From positions 26,574 to 90,573 of the forward strand of contig JAUNSV010000005.1 of NCBI GenBank assembly GCA_030539055.1: a stretch of DNA of 64,000 nucleotides. Reading direction: 5' to 3'. The stretch is from Eubacteriales bacterium. GTDB lineage: Bacteria; Bacillota; Clostridia; Lachnospirales; Lachnospiraceae. How positions within the stretch are numbered: the stretch's first letter is position 1; each line of letters begins with the position of its first letter. The notes below the pieces were generated by a model. The model ran no database searches. It saw only the letters and a list, made by a program, of their open reading frames with translations, and was not told where the DNA came from. The translations under genes were made by a program, and so were the position numbers. Below, piece after piece: positions 26,783 to 35,314 of this stretch.

Positions 26783-27487
26783 TTATTCCACACCCCTTAT
26801 CTCTACTCTTTTTACATAAGGTTTTATTATATTTTTGAACTCTTCCAATTCGCTTTTTTTGAATGAGCTTAAATTTGGTGGTGTTACATTTTCTATTTTT
26901 CTAAAATTTTGTAAAAAATATTTATTTGCACCTTTTATTAAATTAGCTATTGACTCAAAATCTTCTTTTTTATTTAGCGGTTTTACACAAGTAGTTCTAA
27001 ATTCATAATCTATGTTACTATTCATTATATATTGTATGCTTTCTATTATATTATCAAAATTTGTTTTTGTACCACATAAAATTTCATAATTTTCTTTTGA
27101 TGATTTTATATCCATTGCTATCATATCTACTAAATTTTCATTTATAATTTCTTTAATAATTTCTGGCTTTGTTCCATTTGTATCTAGTTTTACTTTAAAA
27201 TTTTTTTGTTTGATTTTTTTTATGAAATTAATTAATTCATTATTTAGTGTAGGTTCTCCACCTGTTATACATACTCCATCTAATTTATTGTGTCTTGTAT
27301 CTAAAAATTGAAAAAATGTATCTTCATCCAAATCATTATTACTTTGTATATTTGTTACAAGCTCCATATTATGACAAAATGGGCATTTAAAATTACATCT
27401 CCTTAAAAATACAGTGCATGCTATATTCTCTGGATAATCAAGTAGTGTAACTTTTTGTATCCCTGCTATTTTCATTATTATCTCCAT
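26783..27487 (-). CDS. nrdG: Anaerobic ribonucleotide reductase activating radical-SAM enzyme
   Basis: 234 aa with CNFKCPFCHN and GGEPTL. Alternative start at ATG 27475. Overlaps the rsmI 3' end. Confidence 0.85.
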   Translation of the reverse strand: MEIIMKIAGIQKVTLLDYPENIACTVFLRRCNFKCPFCHNMELVTNIQSNNDLDEDTFFQFLDTRHNKLDGVCITGGEPTLNNELINFIKKIKQKNFKVKLDTNGTKPEIIKEIINENLVDMIAMDIKSSKENYEILCGTKTNFDNIIESIQYIMNSNIDYEFRTTCVKPLNKKEDFESIANLIKGANKYFLQNFRKIENVTPPNLSSFKKSELEEFKNIIKPYVKRVEIRGVE

Positions 27488-28319
27488 TTATTTGTTTTAC
27501 TTCTTTATACACTATTCTTTTATCAATTTTTCTATCTAGTGATATTTTTTTCATTGCTTCTTTATCACTTAATCCTTGATTCAATAATTCATTGTATTCG
27601 GTTTTAATTGGTTTATTATATATTACTTCTTCTTCATCATTACCTTTTATGACAATAACAAATTCACCTTTTATTTCTTTATTTGAAAAATAATTATATA
27701 TGTATTCTAGACTTCCTCTTATTGTTTCTTCGTGAATTTTCGTCATCTCTCTAGAAATAGATGCAAATCTATTTTTAGAAAATGTATTTATCAAATCTTC
27801 TAGTGTAGATAATAATTTGTGGGGAGAAATATAAAATATCATAGTGTGTTTTTCATTTTTTAATTCTAATAATTTATTTTTTTTGTCCTTTTTGTTGGCA
27901 CTTAAAAAACCAATAAATAAAAATTCATCACTATTTATTCCAGATAATGTAACCGCACATATTAAAGCACTAGCTCCTGGTATGCTTGTAACATTAATCC
28001 TCTCTTTATAGCACATATCTACTAATTCGAATCCAGGATCAGATATAATAGGTGTCCCTGCATCTGTTACTATTGCTACATTTTTATTATCTTTTAATAA
28101 TTTTATAATCTCTATTGCTTTATCGTATTTATTATGCTCATGATAAGATATCATTTTCGTTCTTATATCAAAATGATTAAGAAGTTTGATTGTGTTTCTT
28201 GTATCTTCAGCACAAATAAAATCAACCTCTTTTAATATTCTTATAGCTCTTATAGTTATATCCTCTAAATTGCCTATTGGAGTTGCTACAATATGTAATT
28301 GTCCATAATTATTATTCAT
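27438..28319 (-). CDS. rsmI: 16S rRNA (cytidine1402-2'-O)-methyltransferase
   Basis: 293 aa. LHIVATPIGNLEDITIRAIRILKEVDFICAEDTR. Confidence 0.9.
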   Translation of the reverse strand: MNNNYGQLHIVATPIGNLEDITIRAIRILKEVDFICAEDTRNTIKLLNHFDIRTKMISYHEHNKYDKAIEIIKLLKDNKNVAIVTDAGTPIISDPGFELVDMCYKERINVTSIPGASALICAVTLSGINSDEFLFIGFLSANKKDKKNKLLELKNEKHTMIFYISPHKLLSTLEDLINTFSKNRFASISREMTKIHEETIRGSLEYIYNYFSNKEIKGEFVIVIKGNDEEEVIYNKPIKTEYNELLNQGLSDKEAMKKISLDRKIDKRIVYKEVKQINGDNNENSRDTKSYTT

Positions 28320-28339
28320 ATTTTATTTTTTATAAAAAT

Positions 28340-28361
28340 GCGAAGCAAGTACTTGCTTCGC
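28340..28361 (-). terminator. Terminator after nrdD
   Basis: Palindrome GCGAAGCA-AGTACT-TGCTTCGC, followed on the minus strand by ATTTTTATAAAAAAT. Confidence 0.6.
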
Positions 28362-28387
28362 ATAAAAGCATTATATTTATTTTAATA

Positions 28388-30988
28388 TTATTCAACAAGA
28401 GTTTTTTCTTCTACATATTTTACTATGCTAGAAAGATTTACATACTTATCTGTGTCATTTACCATTAGAGTTGGTGCTTGCATAATACCAAAGTGTGCAC
28501 AATCCATAGGGTTATCCATAGCATCCACTATAGTATAATTAATGCCTGCTTTATCTAATAACTCTTCTGCTCTTCTACAATTAGGGCAAGTTTTTGTAGT
28601 ATATAATTTCAAAACATCCTTTTGAATAGTTTCTCCTATTACTTCCTCTGTGATTGTAACTTTTGGCAAAATATCTTTTAAATTGAGTTGACCATTTATT
28701 ACTTCATCACTTATATTCTCTTTTTTAATTTCTTCATTTGGTTTTTCAATTTCTTTTTCTATTTCATTTGTATTTTGCATTTTATTTTTAAATACATTTG
28801 TTACAGAATCTGTATTGTATATTGTTTGATCTGTATTAACACTTCTTATAGGAGTAGAAATAGCATTATTTATTTCTTCATTGTTTTCTCTTGATTTAAT
28901 ATCACTAAATGAAGAAACGCTTCCATTTATAACATAAGTTTTTCTGTCCTTGAACTCTTGAGCTTTTCCATCGTTCCAATTTTGGAGTGGTCTATAGTAA
29001 CCAGTGATTCTAGAATTAACTTCTGTTTTTTCTCCACACTCTGGGCAATCATAAACTTCCCCTTTTATATATCCATGATTTTTACATATAGAATAAGTTG
29101 GAGATAAAGTATAATATGGTAATTTATAATTATTAGCTATTGTTTTTACAAGTGATGCTGCTGCTTTCCAATCTGGAAGCTTCTCTCCAAGGAATGTATG
29201 GAATACTGTTCCTGATGTGTATAATGTTTGTAATTCATCTTGCACATCTAAAGCTGAAAATACATCCTCTGTATATCCAACAGGTAAGTGTGAAGAATTT
29301 GTATAATAAGGTGTTCCATCCATATTAGCTGTAATAATATCTTTATATCTTTCTTTGTCATGCTTTGCTAATCTATATGATGTTGATTCTGCTGGTGTTG
29401 CTTCTAGGTTGTATAAGTCACCATATTTTTCTTGATAATCTGAAAGTCTGTTTCTCATGTGATTGAGTACTTTTATAGAAAAATTTATTGCTTCTCTGTT
29501 TGTTAAATCCTTTTTTATCCAAGATGCATTTAAACAAGCTTCATTCATACCTACAAGACCTATTGTAGAAAAATGATTGTTGAATGTTCCCAAATATCTT
29601 TTTGTATAAGGATATAAGCCTTTCTCTAAAAAGTTTTCTATTGTTTTTCTTTTTACTCTTAGTGATCTTGCAGATATATCCATAAGTCTATCTAATTCTT
29701 TAAAAAATTCTTCTTCAGTATTTGATGCATAAGCTATGTGTGGCATATTTAATGTTACAACACCTATTGACCCTGTTGATTCTCCACTTCCAAAAAAACC
29801 ACCAGATTTTTTTCTTAATTCTCTTAAATCTAATCTTAATCTGCAACACATTGATCTTACATCAGATGGTTCCATATCTGAATTTACATAATTTGAAAAA
29901 TATGGAATACCATACTTAGCTGCCATTTCAAAAAGTAATTTGTTGTTCTCTGTTTCGCTCCAATCAAACTCTTTTGTTATAGAATATGTAGGTATAGGAT
30001 ATTGAAAGCCTCTACCATTTGCATCACCCTCAAGCATTATTTCAATAAATGCTTTATTAATCATATCCATTTCTTTTTTGCAATCTTGATATTTAAAATC
30101 TACTTCTTTACCACCTACTATACAATTCAATTGTGCTAAATCGTTTGGCACTGTCCAGTCGAGTGTTATATTTGTAAATGGAGATTGAGTACCCCAACGA
30201 GATGGTGTATTAACACCATAAATAAATGATTGAATACATTGTTTTACTTCTTTGTAAGGTAAATTATCTACTTTTACAAAAGGTGCTAAATATGTATCAA
30301 ATGAAGAAAATGCTTGAGCTCCAGCCCATTCATTTTGCATAATTCCAAGGAAGTTGACCATTTGGTTGCAAAGCGTAGAAAGATGATTTGCAGGAGATGA
30401 TGTGATTTTGCCTGGTATTCCACCAAGACCTTCTTTTATTAATTGCTTTAATGACCAACCAGCACAATAACCTGTAAGCATAGATAAATCATGAATATGA
30501 ATTAAAGCATCTTTATGTGCCTCGCAAATTTCTTCATCATACACTTCTGATAACCAATAATTTGCACTTATAACACCTGAATTAGATAAAATAAGCCCAC
30601 CTACAGAATATGTAACTGTAGCATTTTCTTTTACTCTCCAATCATTAACATTAAGATAATTATCTACTACTGATTTATAATTTAATAAAGTTGTAGAAGA
30701 ATTACGAAGTTTTTCATGTTGTCTTCTATACAAAATATATGACTTTGCAACATCTGCATATCCAGCTTGTATTAACACTTCTTCAACAGAATCTTGAATT
30801 TCTTCAACTTTAATTTTACCCTCTTTTACTTTTGTACTAAAATTTGAAGTAGTAAGCATCCCCAAATTTTCAATTATTGATGGATGATACTCTCTATTTA
30901 CAGACTCAAAAGCTTTTCTTATGGCATCGTTAATTTTATTAAGATTAAAATCAACTATTGAACCATTTCTTTTTTCTACAACAAACAT
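28388..30988 (-). CDS. nrdD: Class III (anaerobic) ribonucleoside-triphosphate reductase with a C-terminal linker and a glutaredoxin/NrdH-like domain
   Basis: ORF 28388..31036 trimmed to ATG 30988 (GGGGAG RBS; ATP-cone MFVVEKRNGSIVDF). Finger loop SMCCRL, Zn ribbon CPECGEK, glycyl-radical RITGYYRP. Then ~105 aa of low-complexity sequence, then LYTTKTCPNCRRAEELL (CPNC = 28588..28577). Confidence 0.9.
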   Translation of the reverse strand: MFVVEKRNGSIVDFNLNKINDAIRKAFESVNREYHPSIIENLGMLTTSNFSTKVKEGKIKVEEIQDSVEEVLIQAGYADVAKSYILYRRQHEKLRNSSTTLLNYKSVVDNYLNVNDWRVKENATVTYSVGGLILSNSGVISANYWLSEVYDEEICEAHKDALIHIHDLSMLTGYCAGWSLKQLIKEGLGGIPGKITSSPANHLSTLCNQMVNFLGIMQNEWAGAQAFSSFDTYLAPFVKVDNLPYKEVKQCIQSFIYGVNTPSRWGTQSPFTNITLDWTVPNDLAQLNCIVGGKEVDFKYQDCKKEMDMINKAFIEIMLEGDANGRGFQYPIPTYSITKEFDWSETENNKLLFEMAAKYGIPYFSNYVNSDMEPSDVRSMCCRLRLDLRELRKKSGGFFGSGESTGSIGVVTLNMPHIAYASNTEEEFFKELDRLMDISARSLRVKRKTIENFLEKGLYPYTKRYLGTFNNHFSTIGLVGMNEACLNASWIKKDLTNREAINFSIKVLNHMRNRLSDYQEKYGDLYNLEATPAESTSYRLAKHDKERYKDIITANMDGTPYYTNSSHLPVGYTEDVFSALDVQDELQTLYTSGTVFHTFLGEKLPDWKAAASLVKTIANNYKLPYYTLSPTYSICKNHGYIKGEVYDCPECGEKTEVNSRITGYYRPLQNWNDGKAQEFKDRKTYVINGSVSSFSDIKSRENNEEINNAISTPIRSVNTDQTIYNTDSVTNVFKNKMQNTNEIEKEIEKPNEEIKKENISDEVINGQLNLKDILPKVTITEEVIGETIQKDVLKLYTTKTCPNCRRAEELLDKAGINYTIVDAMDNPMDCAHFGIMQAPTLMVNDTDKYVNLSSIVKYVEEKTLVE

Positions 30989-31080
30989 TTTTTCTCCCCT
31001 TAAAATATTACTTTTATTTGCAAAAAAAAACACCAATTATTTTTATAAAATAACAAGTCTTTTTTTCCTTGTGTTTCAAA

Positions 31081-31154
31081 ATTATACCATATCAAAATAT
31101 TCAAGTCAACTACATATTGATAAATTTTTGGGAATATACCACTATATATTGTGG
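31081..31154 (-). promoter_or_regulatory. nrdD promoter with two NrdR boxes
   Basis: Minus strand TTGACT (31109..31104), 17 nt, TATAAT (31086..31081). Box CCACTATATATTGTGG (31139..31154) matches the acaCwAtATaTwGtgt consensus at 14/16. The weaker box CAACTACATATTGATA (31107..31122) overlaps the -35. Box centres are 32 bp apart. Confidence 0.7.
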
Positions 31155-31197
31155 TTTTTAATTAAAACTTAAATTTTTAGCATTTTTGAACTGTTGT

Positions 31198-31629
31198 TTA
31201 TTTTTTGTAAATAATTTCTCTTTCATTATCGCCAATTTTTTTAAAATAAATCCACTTTGAGTACTTAGGTATTTCACTTTTTATTAAATCTGCCCATTCT
31301 ATTATTATAATATTATTTGAGTATATGTATTCTTCAAAACCTATATCTATTAATTCACTTGTTTTTTCTATTCTATACATATCAAAATGCACTAATTTAT
31401 TGAGTTCTTTGTTTTTTGGAAGATTGATATTATACTCTTGTACAATAGTAAATGTAGGTGAGCAAATATCTTCTTTTATACCTAAGGATGCAGCAAATCC
31501 TTTTACAAAATGAGTTTTTCCTGTACCTAAATCTCCTACTAAGCAAAATATGTCGCCATTTTTTGCTTCCTTAGCAATATTAGAAGCAATACTCATAGTT
31601 TCTTTTACATTTTTACTCTTATATATCAC
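31198..31629 (-). CDS. tsaE: tRNA t6A37 biosynthesis ATPase TsaE
   Basis: 143 aa. GDLGTGKTHFVKG and SPTFTIVQEY. Confidence 0.9.
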   Translation of the reverse strand: MIYKSKNVKETMSIASNIAKEAKNGDIFCLVGDLGTGKTHFVKGFAASLGIKEDICSPTFTIVQEYNINLPKNKELNKLVHFDMYRIEKTSELIDIGFEEYIYSNNIIIIEWADLIKSEIPKYSKWIYFKKIGDNEREIIYKK

Positions 31630-32720
31630 TTATGATTCCTTTTTGTGAAATTCCCAATCTTTCTAATGCTTACATGAACTATGTTTAGTCCATAAATTTT
31701 CATAATATAATAAAAAAATTTTTTACTTCTTTTATTGTATATATCCATCAATAAAAAAATGTATTTTGTACTTGGAAAAATACTTTTTAAATATTCTTTA
31801 TCATAAGACCATTTATCAATTTGTGAGTCTTTTATTTTATTGTATATATAATCGAATTTTTTTTCTTTGGTGGATTTATCATATCTATAATCATAATATA
31901 TAACTGATATATAAAAAAGAAAAGATACACAGCAAATATAATACAAAATACTTGATGTTTTTATTTTTGTATTATCTATTTCATGATATTTTTGTAAAAT
32001 TAGTTCAGCCTTTCTTAGAGAACCAATATCGCATACTCTCTTTTTCTTTAAAGATTTTGCTACAGTATGTGATGTATGCTCAAAAATATAATAATAATCA
32101 TTAGAATTTGTAAAAGATATTTTTTTTACATGTTTCATATAATCCATAGAAAATGCTGTATCATCAAATATTATGACATCTTTATCAAATTTAATATTAT
32201 ATTTTTTTATTATATCTAGTTTAAAACAATGGCTCCAACAATAGCATGCAAATTTTTCAAAATATAAAGCCCATCTTTCACTGTCATCATTTGGTATTTT
32301 TAAATTTGTAGTAATATTTCTTTCATCTATTATATTATATTCATTTTCAAAAAATGATACTTTTTTATATCCGCACAATACTACATCTGAATTTTCTTCT
32401 TCGTATTTTGTTATAAAATTTGAAATAAAATTTTTAGAAACATAATCATCTGCATCTACAAAAGTCAAATACTTGCCACTTGCACTCTCTATCCCTTTAT
32501 TTCTTGCACTTTGTACTCCACCATTCTCTTTTTTTATTAATACTATTCTATTGTCTATTGAAGCATATTTTTTACAAACAAAAAAAGAATTATCTTTAGA
32601 TCCATCATCAATCAAAAGTATCTCTATATTATTGTATGTTTGATTAATAAGTGAATTGATGCATTTATCTAAAAATTTTTCTCTATTATATATTGGTACT
32701 ACAATTGATACTTTATCCAT
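31626..32720 (-). CDS. Family-2 glycosyltransferase
   Basis: 364 aa. VSIVVPIYNREKFLDKCINSLINQTY, DDGSKD, DADD. Confidence 0.85.
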   Translation of the reverse strand: MDKVSIVVPIYNREKFLDKCINSLINQTYNNIEILLIDDGSKDNSFFVCKKYASIDNRIVLIKKENGGVQSARNKGIESASGKYLTFVDADDYVSKNFISNFITKYEEENSDVVLCGYKKVSFFENEYNIIDERNITTNLKIPNDDSERWALYFEKFACYCWSHCFKLDIIKKYNIKFDKDVIIFDDTAFSMDYMKHVKKISFTNSNDYYYIFEHTSHTVAKSLKKKRVCDIGSLRKAELILQKYHEIDNTKIKTSSILYYICCVSFLFYISVIYYDYRYDKSTKEKKFDYIYNKIKDSQIDKWSYDKEYLKSIFPSTKYIFLLMDIYNKRSKKFFYYIMKIYGLNIVHVSIRKIGNFTKRNHK

Positions 32721-33207
32721 TTACTTTACTTAAATTTTTTGTGTAATTATAAAATTCATTTCTTTTATCTAAAAGAATTCTATTTGGTATAATATGCCCA
32801 TGTATTGAGTCCATAAATATTATAAGCATTGTAGGTCTTTTTACTACTTTTCTAACAGCACTCCAAGGTGTAGATGCTTTTTTGTCTTCAAATTTTACAT
32901 GTATGCCTTGATCATTGAAACCTAAAGTAATTTCTTTTTGAGCATTTTTCTTTTCTCTTTTTAATACTTTAATATATAAAATCAGAGGCTGCAATATTGT
33001 ACAAAAAGTGGAACCAAAAATTAATATAAATTTGAAATTCCAAGCAAATGAAAAAAATACGCCTGTAATAAGAGTATAAATAAGTACAACAATTGCTATA
33101 ATTGAAATAATAGCATATATAACTCCAGATACAGAATACATAGTGTAATACAAAGAAGATTGAAAAAGATCTTTTGTTTCTAATTTGTATGTAAATTCAT
33201 AATTCAT
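32713..33207 (-). CDS. YcxB-like membrane protein
   Basis: ORF trimmed to ATG 33207 (MNYEFTYK...), which overlaps the upstream TAA by 1 nt. Two TM helices plus a C-terminal bPH-like region. Confidence 0.5.
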   Translation of the reverse strand: MNYEFTYKLETKDLFQSSLYYTMYSVSGVIYAIISIIAIVVLIYTLITGVFFSFAWNFKFILIFGSTFCTILQPLILYIKVLKREKKNAQKEITLGFNDQGIHVKFEDKKASTPWSAVRKVVKRPTMLIIFMDSIHGHIIPNRILLDKRNEFYNYTKNLSKVNG

Positions 33208-33689
33208 TATTTTTCCTCCATTGCCAATATTTTGCAATATTTGACATTTTCAATTTTTTCAATTTCCTCTGCTATTCTTATTATTTCATCGCTTTTCATT
33301 GGTACTTCTATACTAAGCGACACATTTGTATAACCATTAACTGGAATTGATTGATGAATAGTAAGAATATTACATTGAAATTTTGATACTATTCCTGTAA
33401 GTATCGATAAAAAACCTAGCTTATCTTTACAAGATACATCTAAAGACACAACCTTTCCTCTTGCAGAATGAGAAAAAGGAAAAATATCTTTACAATATTT
33501 ATAATATGATGCTCTTGAAATACCTATAGTTTGAACTGCTTTTTGAATTGATATATCGCCTTTTTCGAGAAGCTCTTTTACTTTTAATACCTTTTTTAAT
33601 ACTTCGGGAACAGCTTTTTGCCCTACCAAAAAAAACTTTTCTTCCTCTGGCAATATATTGTTGTTAATTTGTATGTTTTTATTATCCAT
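33207..33689 (-). CDS. ACT-domain protein of the UPF0735/PheB type
   Basis: 160 aa. HTH-like ISIQKAVQTIGISRASYYKY followed by ACT-like VVSLDVSCKDKLGFLSILTGIV. Confidence 0.6.
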   Translation of the reverse strand: MDNKNIQINNNILPEEEKFFLVGQKAVPEVLKKVLKVKELLEKGDISIQKAVQTIGISRASYYKYCKDIFPFSHSARGKVVSLDVSCKDKLGFLSILTGIVSKFQCNILTIHQSIPVNGYTNVSLSIEVPMKSDEIIRIAEEIEKIENVKYCKILAMEEK

Positions 33690-33786
33690 TTTTTTACATT
33701 AAAATACTTTGTCCATTATACATTATTTTTATTAAATTAACAACTACTCATTAATTTTTAAATAATAGGAAAGCTCCCTTTATAGA

Positions 33787-33822
33787 TTGACTTTCCCCTT
33801 AATTTGTGATAGTATTTAAGGG
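33787..33822 (+). promoter_or_regulatory. fic promoter with a flanking inverted repeat
   Basis: TTGACT (33787..33792), 17 nt, TAGTAT (33810..33815). CCCTTAA (33796..33802) and TTAAGGG (33816..33822) bracket the -10. Confidence 0.6.
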
Positions 33823-33843
33823 AAAATTAAGGAGGCTAAGGGA

Positions 33844-34890
33844 ATGAGAGAATTTAACTACTCACAAATCAAAGAACAAAAATGGGACTCTGATATCCTT
33901 AGGATTATAGCTGCCATTTATAAAGAAGCTGGAAAGCAAGAGCAATACCTAAAACAGCGTCCAGAGGCACTGGAAAAACTCGTGGATATTGCAAAGGTAC
34001 AAAGTACGAAAGGTTCGAATGAAATTGAAGGTATTGTTACCACCAACACACGAATCAAGCAGTTGGTCAATGAAAAAACAACACCAAGAAACCGAGATGA
34101 ACAGGAAATTGCTGGATACCGTGATGTACTTAATATCATTCATGAAAGCTTTGATGCAATTCCGATTTCTAGAAATTATATCCTACAGCTACACAAAATC
34201 CTATACAGCCATATGAACAACCCAATTGCTGGGCAAACAAAAAATGTTCAAAACTATATTAGCACTACTTATCCAGATGGACATACAGAAATCCTGTTTA
34301 CTCCACTTTCTCCGTTTGAAACACCTGAAGCACTTGATAGAATTTGTGAAGAATATAATCGAGTGATTGGAAATATGGAAGTTGAGCCTTTGATTGCAAT
34401 ACCAGTTTTTATTCACGACTTTTTATGTATCCATCCTTTCAATGATGGAAATGGTCGAATGAGTCGATTGCTCACTACTTTACTTTTGTATCAAAACGAA
34501 TTTTATGTTGGAAAGTACATTTCACTAGAAGCAAAAATCGCACAAGCAAAAGACCTTTATTATGATGCTCTTAGTCGTTCACAAGATGGATGGCACGAGA
34601 GTAGTGAGAATACCATCCCTTTCATCAAATATCTGCTCGGAATTATTTTATCAGCATATAAGGATTTCGAGGAAAGATTTTCCATTGTGGAAACCAATCT
34701 TCCTGCCATAGATATGGTAAGAAAAGCAATACAAAATAAAATCGGAAAATTTACCAAGCAGGACATTCGAGAATTGTGTCCATCTCTAAGCTTAAGTTCA
34801 ATCGAGAGTTCTTTAAGCAAGCTAGTAAAATACGGTGAGCTGTCACGTGATGGTGTAGGAAAATCAACCTGTTACCTTCGATTGAAATAA
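33844..34890 (+). CDS. Fic-domain protein, class II, with a C-terminal wHTH-like region
   Basis: 348 aa. HPFNDGNGRMSRLL and inhibitory motif SNEIEG. Visibly higher G+C than its neighbours. Confidence 0.85.
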   Translation: MREFNYSQIKEQKWDSDILRIIAAIYKEAGKQEQYLKQRPEALEKLVDIAKVQSTKGSNEIEGIVTTNTRIKQLVNEKTTPRNRDEQEIAGYRDVLNIIHESFDAIPISRNYILQLHKILYSHMNNPIAGQTKNVQNYISTTYPDGHTEILFTPLSPFETPEALDRICEEYNRVIGNMEVEPLIAIPVFIHDFLCIHPFNDGNGRMSRLLTTLLLYQNEFYVGKYISLEAKIAQAKDLYYDALSRSQDGWHESSENTIPFIKYLLGIILSAYKDFEERFSIVETNLPAIDMVRKAIQNKIGKFTKQDIRELCPSLSLSSIESSLSKLVKYGELSRDGVGKSTCYLRLK

Positions 34891-34970
34891 ATGCACTTAA
34901 GCAATCTTTCTTTCCCTTAAATTTCTCACTATTTTAATGTGAACAATAATTATTACGAAAAGCATCGACC

Positions 34971-34994
34971 AACTGGTAGGTGCTTCTCTTGTGT
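34971..34994 (+). terminator. Probable terminator hairpin after fic
   Basis: AGCATCGACC-AACT-GGTAGGTGCT (one mismatch, one G-U), followed by TCTCTTGTGT. Confidence 0.4.
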
Positions 34995-35314
34995 ACTAAT
35001 CCAGAGCAGAATTTATCATAACATCACCTCAATATATGCTCTCACTCTATCTTCAATTTTCATTTTTCTTGCATAAATAATTAAGTTTGAAATATTTTTT
35101 TTCTTATCGTTAATATATCCTTTCAATGCTTTTGAAAAAATTTCTAAGTCAATTTTTGATTAGTTTTTTACTATATCACAAATTGTTTCATATCATTAGA
35201 CACAAAGCAATTTGTAGTACATACAATTTTTAATTTATCATTAATTACTATTGGTTCTCTTACTTTTTTTATTTCACTTGTACATTCTACAACTAATATA
35301 TCTCCATTTTTATC

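Noticed and set aside
34995-35314. Open minus-strand frames (DKNGDILVVECTSEIKKVREPIVINDKLKIVCTTNCFVSNDMKQFVI and IDLEIFSKALKGYINDKKKNISNLIIYARKMKIEDRVRAYIEVML) as small genes.
   Set aside because: They have no start codons or RBS, and stops separate the pieces. They look like remnants of eroded genes, but I cannot assign a family, so they are not annotated.
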